64,000 nucleotides of DNA, from contig CM052816.1 of NCBI GenBank assembly GCA_028534125.1, positions 19,160,001 to 19,224,000 of the forward strand. The letters run 5' to 3'. The notes below the pieces were generated by a model, which was given only the letters and a program-made list of their open reading frames with translations, had not been told where the DNA came from and did not search any database. The position numbers and the translations under genes are program-made. The stretch is from Lama glama. Its lineage: Eukaryota. Positions 39,354 through 51,039 of this stretch are shown one piece after another. The first letter of the stretch is position 1; every line of letters begins with the position of its first letter.

Positions 39354-39530
39354 GGGGGGAAGGTATAGCTCAAGTGGTAGAGTGCATGCTTAGCATGCAC
39401 GAGGTCCTGGGTTCAATCTCCAGTACCTCCTCTAAAAATAAACAAACCTACTTACCTCCCCCCACCACCAAAATAAAATAATTAAGTAATACAATAATAA
39501 ATAAAATATTAAAAAACAAAAAATAATAAT
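39354..39530 (+). mobile_element. tRNA-Ala-derived SINE (camelid Vic-1-like)
   Basis: GGGGGGAAGGTATAGCTCAAGTGGTAGAGTGCATGCTTAGCATGCACGAGGTCCTGGGTTCAATCTCCAGTACCTCC plus A-rich tail. Confidence 0.9.
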
Positions 39531-40529
39531 TGTAAAAAATTGAGACTGTGTAGTGTTGACATAAAGATCATCAAATATATCAATGGAATAGAGTGGATAA
39601 CCCAGAAACAGATTCATATATATATGAGTTTTGGCGAAAGAGCCAAGACAATACAATTGAAAAAGCAAAGCTTTTTATAAAAATAGTGCTAGATAATAAA
39701 ATAATAATAAAAATGCTAGAACAATCATATATTGATATGGGAAAAAATAAATCTTGACCCCTACCTCACACCATACACAGATATTAATTTGAAATGGGTA
39801 ATAGGGCAAGCCATATTTTCCCCATATCAGTATCCAATTATTCCAGCACCTCTGCTTCTCCAACACTAGGTGTTGTCTTTTTTATTCTCACCGTTCTAGT
39901 GTCTAGTGGAAACAGAACAAAGAGAAACCTCAAATGTTGCTGGTGGAAGTGTGAAATAGTGAAAGAACTGTGGAAACATTTTTACATTTTCTTAAAATGT
40001 TAAATATATATCTGTTTTTGCCCAGCAACTGCACTCTTGCCCATGTAAAAGAATAAAAATATATGTCCATAAATTCTCTTATACAAGAATGTTTGTATCA
40101 GCTTCATTCACAATAGCACCAAACCATAACAACCCAATCTCCTTCAACAAGAAAACCAATAAATAGTGATATTTTTATACAATTGAAACACTATTTCACA
40201 ATTTAAAAAGAATGAACTACTAATGCGCAGAACAGCATGGATGTATCAAACATTATTCTGAATGAAAGAAACCACACACAAATGAGTATATACTGTGTGA
40301 TTTCATTTATATGAAACTCAAAACTAATGTATGGTTATAGTACTAAGAATTATAGTTGCCTATCAGAGGCAGTTATTGACCAAAAGGGAACAAAGGGTAC
40401 TGGAAATGTTCTACGTTTTGGTTGTGGTGTTGGTTACGCAGGTGTATACATTTGGTCAAAATTCATTAGATTACATATTTAAGTTGTATGCATTTCACCG
40501 TAGGTAAATTTTACTTTGAATTAAAAAAA

Positions 40530-40680
40530 TCAAGCTGGCTGCTATGTGGAGAATGGACAGTAATGGAGCAAGGAAAGTGGGAAAAGCAGTTGGCAAGCTC
40601 TAGAAGGCATCCAGGTGAGATGATGGTAACTTGGGCAGATGTGACAGCAGTGCAGATTGAGATGGATTTGGGATAACAGT
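40530..40680 (-). mobile_element. L2 fragment
   Basis: CTGGCTGCTATGTGGAGAATGGA...CATCCAGGTGAGATGATGGTAACTTGG. Confidence 0.7.
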
Positions 40681-40829
40681 CTCCTCTAGGACATCTTCCC
40701 TAATGGTGGCAGCCCTCATAAATCTTCTCTCAGTCTTACAGTATGTGTCTTTGGCACCATTACATTAATTCCATAATCATTACTGAGCACTCACTCCAAA
40801 CCAGGAACCTAATCAACTTCTTGCTTTTC

Positions 40830-41090
40830 GTATGTTGGAATCTTGCCAGCACTCTCAGCCAGCCTCTCTACCACTTATTAGTTGTGTAATGTTGGGCAAG
40901 ATCAGTAATACCTGGAGTCTCAGTCCCTTATTCTGTAAATAGGGATAATAATTACATTTATCCTGAAGACGTTTTATGAGGATTAAGTTTAGATAAAATA
41001 CATGTGTATCTTTAGGTTTATGTAGGACAATCACAGCAAGATGACTAGTCCATTAAATGGCACGTAGTAAGTAGTGAAGAAATGATAGAC
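40830..41090 (+). mobile_element. MIR SINE
   Basis: CTCTACCACTTATTAGTTGTGTAATGTTGGGCAAG...CTGTAAATAGGGATAATAAT...TTATGAGGATTAAG. Confidence 0.8.
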
Positions 41091-42393
41091 CATCTCTTTC
41101 CTCCCTCCTTTCCCTAACCACACTGTGAACTCCACAGGCAGGGGCATACCACCTTCTCCTCTGTTCGACTCAATGGCATGTGACCACAACAGGAGATATG
41201 CTGTAGGTATGAATCTTCTGTCTGGCCCAAATTATCATGGAGTAAGATGCTTTGTGGAGTGGATTCTGAGTGCAGAGTTGCTCAGCCGGGAAACATAGGA
41301 AGAACCCGCCAGATTTTAGAAAACATGGGTTTGCCCTCATTAAAGCCCAACAAAAGTCAAAACTCAAGTGAAACTCAGATCTTTGGGGGTTCAATTTAAC
41401 TTGGTGGTTGTAAAATTTTGAAAAAAAATGATTCTAAATAAAAATTAAGGAAAAAGACTTACCTAAGAAAAAAGCTAATAAAAATGTTGACTTAAATAGT
41501 GTTTTATGAAATAACATTATGCTGTATTAAAAGCAAAAAAAAATTGGAAATATATGGATTAGATCCCCCTAGAAATATATCAAATTTTAAAATGTAGGGG
41601 AATGGTGTTCAGGAAAATGTGGAGGCTTTGCTCAACTCAAAGTACAAATCACTTTCTGAGTTTACTGAAATTGTTTGCATACTTGAAATGAGCTCAGTTT
41701 GCTCCTTATCTTTTGGTCAACTGATGTCAGACTATTTGTCCTTAAAAATTGATCAATGCATCAAAATCAAACACATTTAGATGCAATAGAGACATTTTGT
41801 GAAAACACCAGATTTGGGGAAGAAATGGGCTGGGAATCAAAAGAACTCAGATGGGCTTCCAGGGGCTTTCAAGGGAAGGAGACATGTGGCATCCAGTTAA
41901 AGATGGGCAATGAAACAAACATGTATTCACTTCTATTCCTTACAGAAACCCCATGAGTTGACAACAAAAATATGTTTTTATGGCATAATCCCCATGGACA
42001 GACAGAACAGGAGAGATTACAACAGCAAGTACATTTGGGAAGCTGGATAAGTGGTAACCAATTCAGCAGATCTGAAAAACTTAGTCCTAAGTCAACAGTA
42101 ACAAAAGCCAAAAACCAGCCAGTCAGGAAATGGCAGCAACATTACCTCTGCAAGTGGGGGGTGCACGTGCATTTTTAAAAAGGAGGATTGCTTTATAATC
42201 CATTTAAGAAACTGCTAAGCCTTCAGAGACCCATCCTCATTCACTGTAGCCAGGTAGCAGCCTCGTCACCGCTCCAGCAATAGGCTCAAAGATTATTTGA
42301 TAGAGAAGATGAAACAGTCTTGAGATCACCAAACACAGCTGAAGGTCAAAGTATCAGAATGAAAACAGAATGATTAAGTGAAATTTTACATAC

Positions 42394-42770
42394 TGTTATG
42401 AACTGAATTGTACCCCTCCCAAATTCACAGGTTGAAGGCCTCACCTCCAAGTGGAGGTGGGGCCTTTAAGACGGTAATTAAGGTTAAATGAGGTCATAAG
42501 TTGGGGCTCTGTTCAATAGGACTGCTGTCCTCATGAGGAGAGGAAGAGGTGACACCAGAGCATTCTCCTTCTTCGTGTGCACAGAGGAAAGACCACATGA
42601 GGACACAGGGAGACGGCAGCCTTCTGAAAGGCAGGAAGAGAGGCCTCACCAGAAACCAACCCTTGATCTTGGACTTCCAGGCTCCACAACAGTGAGAAAA
42701 GTGGTTTCTGTTGCTTAAGCTGCCCGGACTGTGGTATTGTGTATGACAGCCTGAGCAGACTAGTAACAGA
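42394..42770 (+). mobile_element. MLT1A-like solo LTR inside HAL1
   Basis: TGTTATGAACTGAATTGTACCCCTCCC...GGTAATTAAGGTTAAATGAGGTCATAAG...; CATAC flanks both ends (42389-42393 and 42771-42775). Confidence 0.9.
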
Positions 42771-43816
42771 CATACTGAATAAGGAGACGGCTAGCCTTCT
42801 TCCCTGCCTAAGCTCCCTGAATGCTGAGAGCCGAACATATATCCTGAAGCCTGAAGACTGGAAATAATTTCTCTGAATAGTCTGATTAGTGCAATAAAAA
42901 AAAAAGTCCGAAAGACACCAACATCAAGGATTCCCTATGAAAACAGCCCAGCTAGATTGTGCTACATGAAGTTCATAGTTGAAACAGCCCCACCTAAAGT
43001 GAAACAGCGTTCAAGTCAGCTTTTTAATTACCTCTACTCCTAAATGTGAGCAGACATTTAAGAGTAACCAGTTATCAAGTTATAACTGACTTATCAAGAA
43101 TAACCAGGCATTTGTGGAAATTATATGATGTAAATACAGAAACCAAAATAAACAGAAGGAAAAGTTTAGTGAAACTATGATATTTTCAGAGAAGATATTC
43201 CATCTGTGAAACAAGAACATGATGCTATTTTTTAAAGGAATGTCTAGAAAAAGAAACAGTTCTTAGAAATTTCTTTAAAAATCAAAAATAAAATGCATAA
43301 AAACTTCAAAGATGAAAAATAGCTTAGAAAATAGAAGATTAAAAAGATGATAAATAGAAAAATATGAGACTTGGAGAAACAGTTCAGTAGATGTACATCT
43401 AAATAACAGGTGTTTCAGGGGGTGGGTGGGGAGGTAGACCACAGAAAGGGGCGAATGAGAGTGGAAATAACCAAGGAGACAATTGTCACAAGTAATAACC
43501 AGAAGTGAAGGACACAAGTTTCAAGACAGAAAAGACTCACTAAGTGCCCAGCACAATGAGTAAAAATACATCCATACCAAGGAACTACGTCATGACATCT
43601 CAAAACAACAGGGACAAAGAAAACCTTCTATAGTAGAGGGGAAGCGAGAGAAACAGATTTCACATAATGGCCTTCTTGGCAAGACTGGAATCATGAAGAC
43701 AATGGCACAAGGCCATCAAAGTTCTGAGAGATTATTTCTAACCTAGAATTCTATACCCAGCCAAACCATCAAGCAAGCATGAGGATAGAATAAACACATT
43801 TTCAAACATTCAAGAT

Positions 43817-43842
43817 CACACACACACACACACACACACACA
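43817..43842. repeat. (CA)13 microsatellite
   Basis: Perfect CA run. Confidence 0.95.
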
Positions 43843-45439
43843 TCTCTGCTTACTTCTTTATAAGTAATGGGGAAAAATGTGCTCCACCAAAGGGAAGAAG
43901 AAACCCAAGAAAGAGGAGGATATGGGATCCAGGAAACAGACGATCAGCAGAAAGAGAAGCCAAGGGAATGTCCAAGATGTTAATAAAGAAACTCTAAAGA
44001 AAATCAGCACAGCAGATCTAGAAAGCATCCGACCAAGTTCAGAGGTTCCAGGAGAATTTCCTCATGAAGATGGAATTGATAGAATAAGGTTTGTGAAAAA
44101 AACTTTGAGACAAATTTTATTCAACAAGGGGAGAGTTTGGTGTTGAATTAGTGACATATAATTTAAAAAAAAACTGGGCAGAGGGGAGGAGAAAGGTAAT
44201 TGGCTCTAGAGGGGAAATGTTGATCAGGAAAGTATAAGTCATAGCTCAGCTGTGAATAGTGTTTTCAGAGTCACAATAATTTAATCACCAAGCACTGATC
44301 TAATAAAATTATGCTATAACTATTTTGGAAAGATGGGAGATGCGAAGTGCAGGTGGAGATGAAAAGAATTAAATCCTCATCTTCCACAGTGAGAAGTCAA
44401 CAGACGATGCCAAAAATGAAAAATTCAAGCAGCATAAGTACATTATTTAGAGATACAGAGGTAAATATCTAAATATCAAAAGAATTATCTCAATGACTAA
44501 AAACAGTTGCCCCTAAGAAGTAAAAAGTGGGGTGGGAGGAGCAGGGTAGATGCCCAGGACCGGGGTGGAGGGTATCCATGTGCATGTGTTTGTGTTATAC
44601 GAGGCTTCTAGTCATGTCTGACTCTATCTGTAAATAGAACTTTTATTCTTGAGTGAAACTTAAGGCAAAAACTAACAAAAATTGTAAAGGGGACAAAATA
44701 AGGAGGAAAAGGAAAGGAAGGGGAAGGGGTGAGGAGGAATGAGGGAGGAAAAACCGCGGGCGTTCTGATTTCTGAATCATTATTAGAAGCTACAGGTCAG
44801 CTCTGCGTGCTGTTTGTTCCAAAAGCTCCTACCTCTCAAACTACTTCTTGAGGGAGCCCCATCTAGCTACCAAGGACTCAGGACAGACAGAGGATAGATT
44901 GTGTCCCAAGTTGTGTACACATGAAAGTTGTCCTAATAGTGGCCCTCACAGGAAACACACAGATTTGCTTAACCATTCAGAGGACTCATTTTAGCCATAC
45001 CTCCTCCAAGACCACCTGTCTGTGTGGTTTCTCTCCAGGAGAACACCTGTTAACTAGTACAGCGATGAGGCTGGTTCTAAGGATGCACTGAGAACCTCAG
45101 GCCTTGCCCTCGGCGCTTTTGAATTCTGATTCTACGGAGGGATAAGAACACTGGACCAAATCACCAATTCTTCAGGCACTCAGGGAGGAGAGGGAAATCC
45201 GCCTACCAGCTAGGTCAGACTCAACCCCTGGGCTTTCTGCTTCACCTTCATCGAAGCACTGCAGGCCTCTGGTTTATGTTTGAACCATCTAAATGGGTAA
45301 CCATGCCTGAAAGCCATTTTTTAGCTAGTTAGGAGGATTTCAGAGGAAAAACACTGTATCAGTCCAAACACAAAAACACAGACAAAAAACTTGGAACAGG
45401 ATTTCATCTTTTAACTACAAATGTTTTAACTGATTCAAT

Positions 45440-46350
45440 TTTGCTTCAATTTAGTTGATTTTTATTTTACAATTATAAAAGTAATTTATGTGTATTTAAA
45501 AAAATTCTGACAACGCAACAAGGTAGGATGAACAGTAAGTCATTCCCCCTTGCCTGCTCAGGCTCCCAGGACCTTTGGCTAAAGGAAATCACTGTGAATA
45601 GTTTCTAATGCATTCCTTGGGGTAGATTCTGTGTGTATATAGAAACACGTATATTGGCACGTCTTTTATTTATTTTAATTGAAATGAGAGTACGCTGTGC
45701 ATATTGCTCTGCACTTTCCTTTTTCTGTAGTTATTTAATGTATCTTGGCAATATGTTAAGATCTTCAAAATACATTATAGGCTCCCATGTTCTTTGTAAC
45801 GGCTGCTGGGTTTTCCACCATATAGATGTACCTTAGTTTAATCAGTCCTGCATTGGTGGATGTTTATAGTTCTCTACACTTTTTTTCCTCTGTTATAAAT
45901 AGGGATGTAGTAAATGTCCTTAAATGGGTGTCACAGCATTCATTTATTAATATGCCCATAAGATAAATCCCTCCATGTAGAATTGCTAAGTTGAAAGGAT
46001 GGTGCATTTTTAATAGGAACAGCCAAACTTTCCCCAAAGGTCTCACACCAACACATACGCCCTGCCCACTATGTGTGACTGTGCCTGCTTCCCCACACCC
46101 TTCCCCATAAAAGGTATTGGCAAACTTTTAAACCTTCACCAGCTTGCAAGGTGCAAATTCTATCTTGCTATGTTAACTGACTTTATTTTTAATGTAAATA
46201 AGGTTGAACTTCTTTTCATTTGCTTATAAGTTATTTTTATTTCTTTTTCTATGAACTACTTGCTCAAGTCTTTACTCATCTTTCTATTGGGTTGTCGGCC
46301 TTTTTCTAATTGATTTTTAAGGGTTACTTATAAAGTAAGGAAATTAGTTA
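45440..46350 (-). mobile_element. L1ME-like 3' region
   Basis: Reversed old L1 3' motifs (GTAGAATTGCTAAGTTGAAAGG, TTTTCTATTGGGTTGTCGGCCTTTTTCTAATTGATTT). Confidence 0.7.
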
Positions 46351-46509
46351 GCCTTGAACCAGAATTATGCTTGTGACTTTTCTAATGGTACTTGGATGTT
46401 AAATTCTGTATTCAACCAGGAGGAGAGGAGAGTCTTCCCAGGGTCTCATGTGAATACCTAAAAGCAGGGCAGAGCAAAATGACAGAGGTCCTAACAGGGA
46501 GATGTGCTA

Positions 46510-46720
46510 GTGGACTGACAGCCTGTCACACGTCATCTCATTCCATCTTTACCATGACCCTGGGAGGAATGTATCATTAGTATTCCCATTTTACAGACAA
46601 ACAACAGGTTTAGAGAGGTCAAGTTACTTGCCTAGGGTCTCACAGCTAGTAAACGGCAGAGCTAAGATGCAAACCCAGGCTGTCTGATCCCAGAGACCCA
46701 GCCGTTAACCATTCTGCTAT
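46510..46720 (-). mobile_element. MIR SINE
   Basis: CCCATTTTACAGACAAACAACAGGTTTAGAGAGGTCAAGTTACTTGCCTAGGGTCTCACAGCTAGTAAACGGCAGAGC. Confidence 0.85.
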
Positions 46721-46839
46721 ACCTTCTACCAGTGGATTCCCAATGCCCAGCATGTAGTAACTGAGGGTCACTGTGGTCACTCCAGACCAAAGGCATCTTG
46801 ATGCCACCCTGGAAATGCCAACCACCAGTCTAGCCTGTG

Positions 46840-47040
46840 GGCAGGAGCTGACTGTCCTGTTCTCTGCTGGGTTCTCAGTGTCTAGAGAGGTCCCTGGCAC
46901 AGAGTGGATGCTCAGAAAATGGGTGCTGAGGGGATGAATGAATGAATGTCTTCTCACTTGACCATGAGCTCCTTGAGGGCAAGGACCATGACTGGCTGTT
47001 CTCCCAGAGCCTAGCTCAGTGCCTTGCACAAGGAGGACAA
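46840..47040 (+). mobile_element. Two consecutive L2 3' ends
   Basis: CCTGGCACAGAGTGGATGCTCAGAAAAT...GAATGAATGAATG, then TGAGCTCCTTGAGGGCAAGGAC...CCTAGCTCAGTGCCTTGCACA. Confidence 0.75.
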
Positions 47041-47399
47041 AGACCAGTCAAAGACTGTGTGCTCAATGAAGTAAGCATCTCTCCACTGTCTGGGATAGTG
47101 TTCTCCACAATCTTCAACTCTTAGTCAAGTTGGAGCAACACCACCAACCCTGGGCAATGTTCTCTTTGACAACACTTGACATGTCATCCCGGGAAGGCCC
47201 ATGTGAAAGGGCAGGAGGCCAGGGAGCCAGGCCAGAAAGGCAAGGGTGGCCTGCCCACCCCCAGACCGAGCAGCTGGCCCCCTTCCCCCACCTCTGCCCA
47301 GGGTGTGCCTGCTCATCTTTCTCAGCGAGGAGACTAGTAGCTAGTCCAGAGCCCGCAGGGTCACCTCACAGTTTACTGAGGATAGACCCAGCTTTCTGT

Positions 47400-47550
47400 C
47401 TGCATTAATTCATCTGGTCTTCAAAACAATCACATGCCACCTGTACTATTATTATTATGCCCACGGATGAGGAAAGGCATAGAGAGGTTAAGTTGCTCAA
47501 GTTTGCATATAGCAAAGCCAGGATTTTAACCCAACACACTACTAGGCTCT
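47400..47550 (-). mobile_element. MIR SINE
   Basis: GATGAGGAAAGGCATAGAGAGGTTAAGTTGCTCAAG...GCCAGGATTTTAACCCA. Confidence 0.7.
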
Positions 47551-48039
47551 TCTGCCCAGCAGCAAGGATCTTCTTTATTTGGGGCTGCCCTCCAGCTCCT
47601 GCTCATCCTCCCAGGCCCAGCCTTCTGGCTCCATCCCAGGCAAGGGCTCCCAGCAACCAGCAACCCTCCCTCACCCCTCACCCCTCACCCCTCGCCCGTC
47701 AGCTGGCTCTGCCTTTACTCCTGTTCTGTTAGCCGTGGCAGGAACTGCCTGGCTTGTTGTTCCGCCCCTCGGGGTTGTGAGCACAGATTCTCCACGTGGT
47801 CCCTGCCTTCAAGGGCTATCCACTGATCTTCTCTCAGCACCCTGTGGCAGCCAGTGGGGCTCTCAAGGCCCCTCCACACTTCCTGTCATGTCCCTGGCTG
47901 AGGAACCCAGCTCGTGACCAGATGTCCCCTTATGCTGAGGGAACTGAAGTCAGGCTACAGGTGAGCTGGGCCCCATCTCAGGTCTGTCTCTTTGCACCTG
48001 TCTGAGGGCAGATGGCCAGGCAGGCATTGCTGCCGGTTC

Positions 48040-48210
48040 CATAACCTGTGCTGAAGAACTTAGGCTCCGGTGTCAGATAATGGGTTCAGATACACTGTGT
48101 GTCACTGGATAACTTATGCAACCTCTCTGAGCCTAGGTTCCTCAGCTGTAAGACAGGGGTAATAACAGTATCCAACTCACATCACAGGGGCTTGGGGAGG
48201 ATTAAACTAG
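48040..48210 (+). mobile_element. MIR SINE
   Basis: AACCTCTCTGAGCCTAGGTTCCTCAGCTGTAAGACAGGGGTAATAACAGTA. Confidence 0.8.
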
Positions 48211-49189
48211 TTAATAGGACTATTTCCTGACCCTGTGCTGTAGGCAGGCACTGGGCAGGTATTCTCACTCACACCTGCATCACAGGGATGTCCCTGCGAG
48301 AGCCCTGAGGAGCCCTTTACCCAGGAGCACGCTCAGTCTCCTCCCCTCGCTCCAAGCCCACAATCCCTCGCAAGACGCGCCCCAAGTTCTAGTCTCCAGC
48401 CGAGCTCCTGTTTGAGGGCAAGATGACAGATGAACCCTGAATCCAAGGATGCTCAAGCCCCCTGTCGCCAGGCTCGAGTCCCCAGCTCCTCCCAGCCCCA
48501 GGTGGGCTTGCTGGCCTGGCAGAGCCTTTGGGAAAGGGGGCTTCTGGAAGAGGAGCTGTGAAACGCAGAACAGGCCCTCACCCCAGGACCTTCCTCACCA
48601 TCTGCCTTGCCAGTCGTGGGCGGGCCCTCGTCCATCAGGGCTGACACCAGCTCCTTGCTCCCCAGCCATCTGGGCATCCCTCGCCCACTCTTCCTCTCCC
48701 TCCTCTCTTCCCAGAGCTCAGCTGGCCGCAGGGCTGGGCTTGCTCTTAATTAGCCTGACAAAACTCAGTCACCAGGGGAAGTCCTTGAAGTTGAGGATTT
48801 CAGCAAAGCTAAACCACTAAATCCCGTGGCCGCCAGCCTGTCTTCACAGCTTCTTCGGCTCTGCCAGAAATCACACTTACTCTCATGCAGAAACCACAGC
48901 CCTGGCGGCTTCAGTGTCTCCCCCAGTCCTGGGCCACCTTATCAGGACAAGCCCGGCCCATCCTTTATCTGCCTGCCATCTCTAAGTGCTTCCATCCCCC
49001 TGACAGGCCCCATAAAAGCTGGTAGAAGACAAGGCTGTCCCGCTTTTGACATCGCTGACTTCAAAGGCCACGAATTAGGTGGGGCTGATCTGGATGCTGC
49101 GCTGAATTGCGAGCAATGCTTGGTGCTCCTGGAATGACCCTCTTGGTCTGGGGATCACTCCAGGAGCCCCAGAGCTTATCAATAAAAAC

Positions 49190-49325
49190 ACAGAATTGGT
49201 TAAGGGCACAGGCTGTGGAGCCAAGCGGCCCCAGTTCAAGCCCCAGCTCGGCTGCTTGGTAACTGGGCAGGTTGCTTACCCTGGTTGTTCTGAGTCTTTT
49301 CTGCCAAATGAGGAAAATGGAATTT
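49190..49325 (+). mobile_element. MIR SINE (5' part)
   Basis: GGTTAAGGGCACAGGCTGTGGAGCCAAG...GTTCAAGCCCCAGCTC. Confidence 0.65.
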
Positions 49326-49609
49326 ACCTGTCTAATCCTCCAAATGTCGCTGGGACAGTCTTGACATAGTGAAGAAGGCTTCCTTCTGTATGAAGGTGGC
49401 TGTTTATTGGGGCCCCGAGAGCCATCCTAACAGGGCCCTGGACAGCAGTGAGAATGAAATGGTGGCACTGGGAAAGGAGGAGTGAAGAAAGGACCAGGCC
49501 AAATGGCACTGGCAGGCTCAGTTCCCAACAGCCCACCACCCACCCCAGGCCATCAGAGCTCATGGCTCCAGACTTCCTCATTCTGTAGCAGCAAGAGTCC
49601 ATCCCCAGG

Positions 49610-49785
49610 GATCAGACTCTTTAATGGGTACAGAGTTTCAGTTGGGAAAGATGAGAAGAGTTCCGGAGATGGATGGCGGTGATGGTTGCATGATATAAAT
49701 TTACCTAATGTAACTACACTATATGCCTCAAAATGGCTAAAATGGCAAGTTTTATATTATGAATTATTTACCACAATTTTTTAAA
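49610..49785 (+). mobile_element. L1MB 3' end fragment
   Basis: TTTAATGGGTACAGAGTTTCAGTTGGGAAAGATGAGAAGAGTTCCGGAGATGGATGGCGGTGATGGTTGCA. Confidence 0.85.
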
Positions 49786-51039
49786 AATTCTGACCCTAGC
49801 TAGCAGAGAGAGAGTTGAGAGGAATGGAAATAAGGTACTTTCTCACTTTTCTGAGAGCTCAAGCTGAAACCGAAGATTCTTACCTGCTGATAACAGAAAT
49901 GAAGCCCAAACTGGTAACTGACCCCCTGGTGCCAGTCCCAGAGCCATCCCATGGCCCCATCAGCCCCCGTGTGGGGGCTGCCCACACAGGGCACAGGCAG
50001 AGCCGTCTCAGGAGGGGTCTGCCCTGTGCACTGCCTCAGCTTCTGGGGAGGCCCCAGAGTACAACCCCGCCTGGCTCACGCGCACGAACGGTGGCTGCTC
50101 AGGGCATTTACTGCAGGTCCTCAGTACAAAGAAAGAAGTGCAGAAAGGGGAAGAGGAAGCGGGAATTAAGTCATCCTCAGTTCTTCTCCCAAGTTTCACC
50201 GAGCAGAATCAAGATGCTTTTCGGGCCCTCTGCCCAGAGACAAAACAGGAGATGAAAATATTTATTTGTTCCTAAGGCTTTTGCAATCCCAGGATGAAAA
50301 GCCCACCGTGGCTGTAACTCGCTGCCGCGCGAGCTGCCTCCGCAGCAGCCCTCCTCCCAGGCAGCTGCCCACTCGCACAGGTCTTGGGGCAAGGAGTTCC
50401 ACCATCCCACTGGGGAGAAAAAGTGGGATCCCCGTCCCAACAGAAACGGAATCTATTAAACGAGAATTATCCCCTATTGGCATCAGGGAGCCATAAATAG
50501 CCCAGCCGCCCCAGTTGAATCACCAGAGCTAGCACTGTGTCAGCGTTTCTATATACACCAGGGTTTGCTAGGGGATTAGCTCACAGCCATAAAAAATTTG
50601 CTCCAGGCTGAAACTTGGCCTAAAGAAAATCTCAGCCCGGGAGTAGATACTGAAAAGAAAGCCAGACAGACACTGCCCCCAAGCCTCCCGAGGACAAGGG
50701 TGCCTGTGACCAGGACCTCTTATACCAGGGCTCTGTTGTCACCAGCACGCAAGCAGCCTGGTGATTTAGGGCACTGCTTGGGGTTGTCATAATTCACAAT
50801 TTGGTTCTTTCGTTTTTATTTTCTCAAGCCAAAAGAAGGGGATACTTGCTGCTTTGAGAGTTTCACGTAGGCCTGAAGTTTCAGAATGTGTAATCTAAGC
50901 CGTCCCCTTTCCCTGTTGACAGCTAAATGTCAAGAGAAGAGAGATTTACCTGAGCAGGGAACCCGTGTTCATGTTGATTCTTTGTACGTTGTTGGGCCGA
51001 TGGGTGCTGTCTTCCACCCCAAAGGAAAAGTTTGAAGAG

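Larger units (their letters stand above)
36850..40530 (+). mobile_element. Fragmented old L1M ORF2/3' region with nested MLT1, L1 and SINE insertions
   Basis: ORF2 text (AAAATATTAGCAAATTGAATCCAGCAATAT, GATGATATGATTGTTTAT); L1MB/ME-like 3' end to ~40530. Confidence 0.75.
41890..44660 (+). mobile_element. HAL1 (half-L1) element, near full length, decayed
   Basis: Begins CCAGTTAAAGATGG; ORF1-like remnant (AAGTGCCCAGCACAATGA, CCTAGAATTCTATACCCAGCCAAACCATC) followed by TGTGCTCCACCAAA...GGGATCCAGGAAACAG and a long non-coding 3' part with no ORF2. Confidence 0.75.

Noticed and set aside
39354..39430. tRNA-Ala(AGC)-like gene (also at 8287 and 52232)
   Set aside because: A-rich tails, a TSD at the 8287 copy, an imperfect acceptor stem and three diverged copies identify these as SINEs, not tRNA genes.
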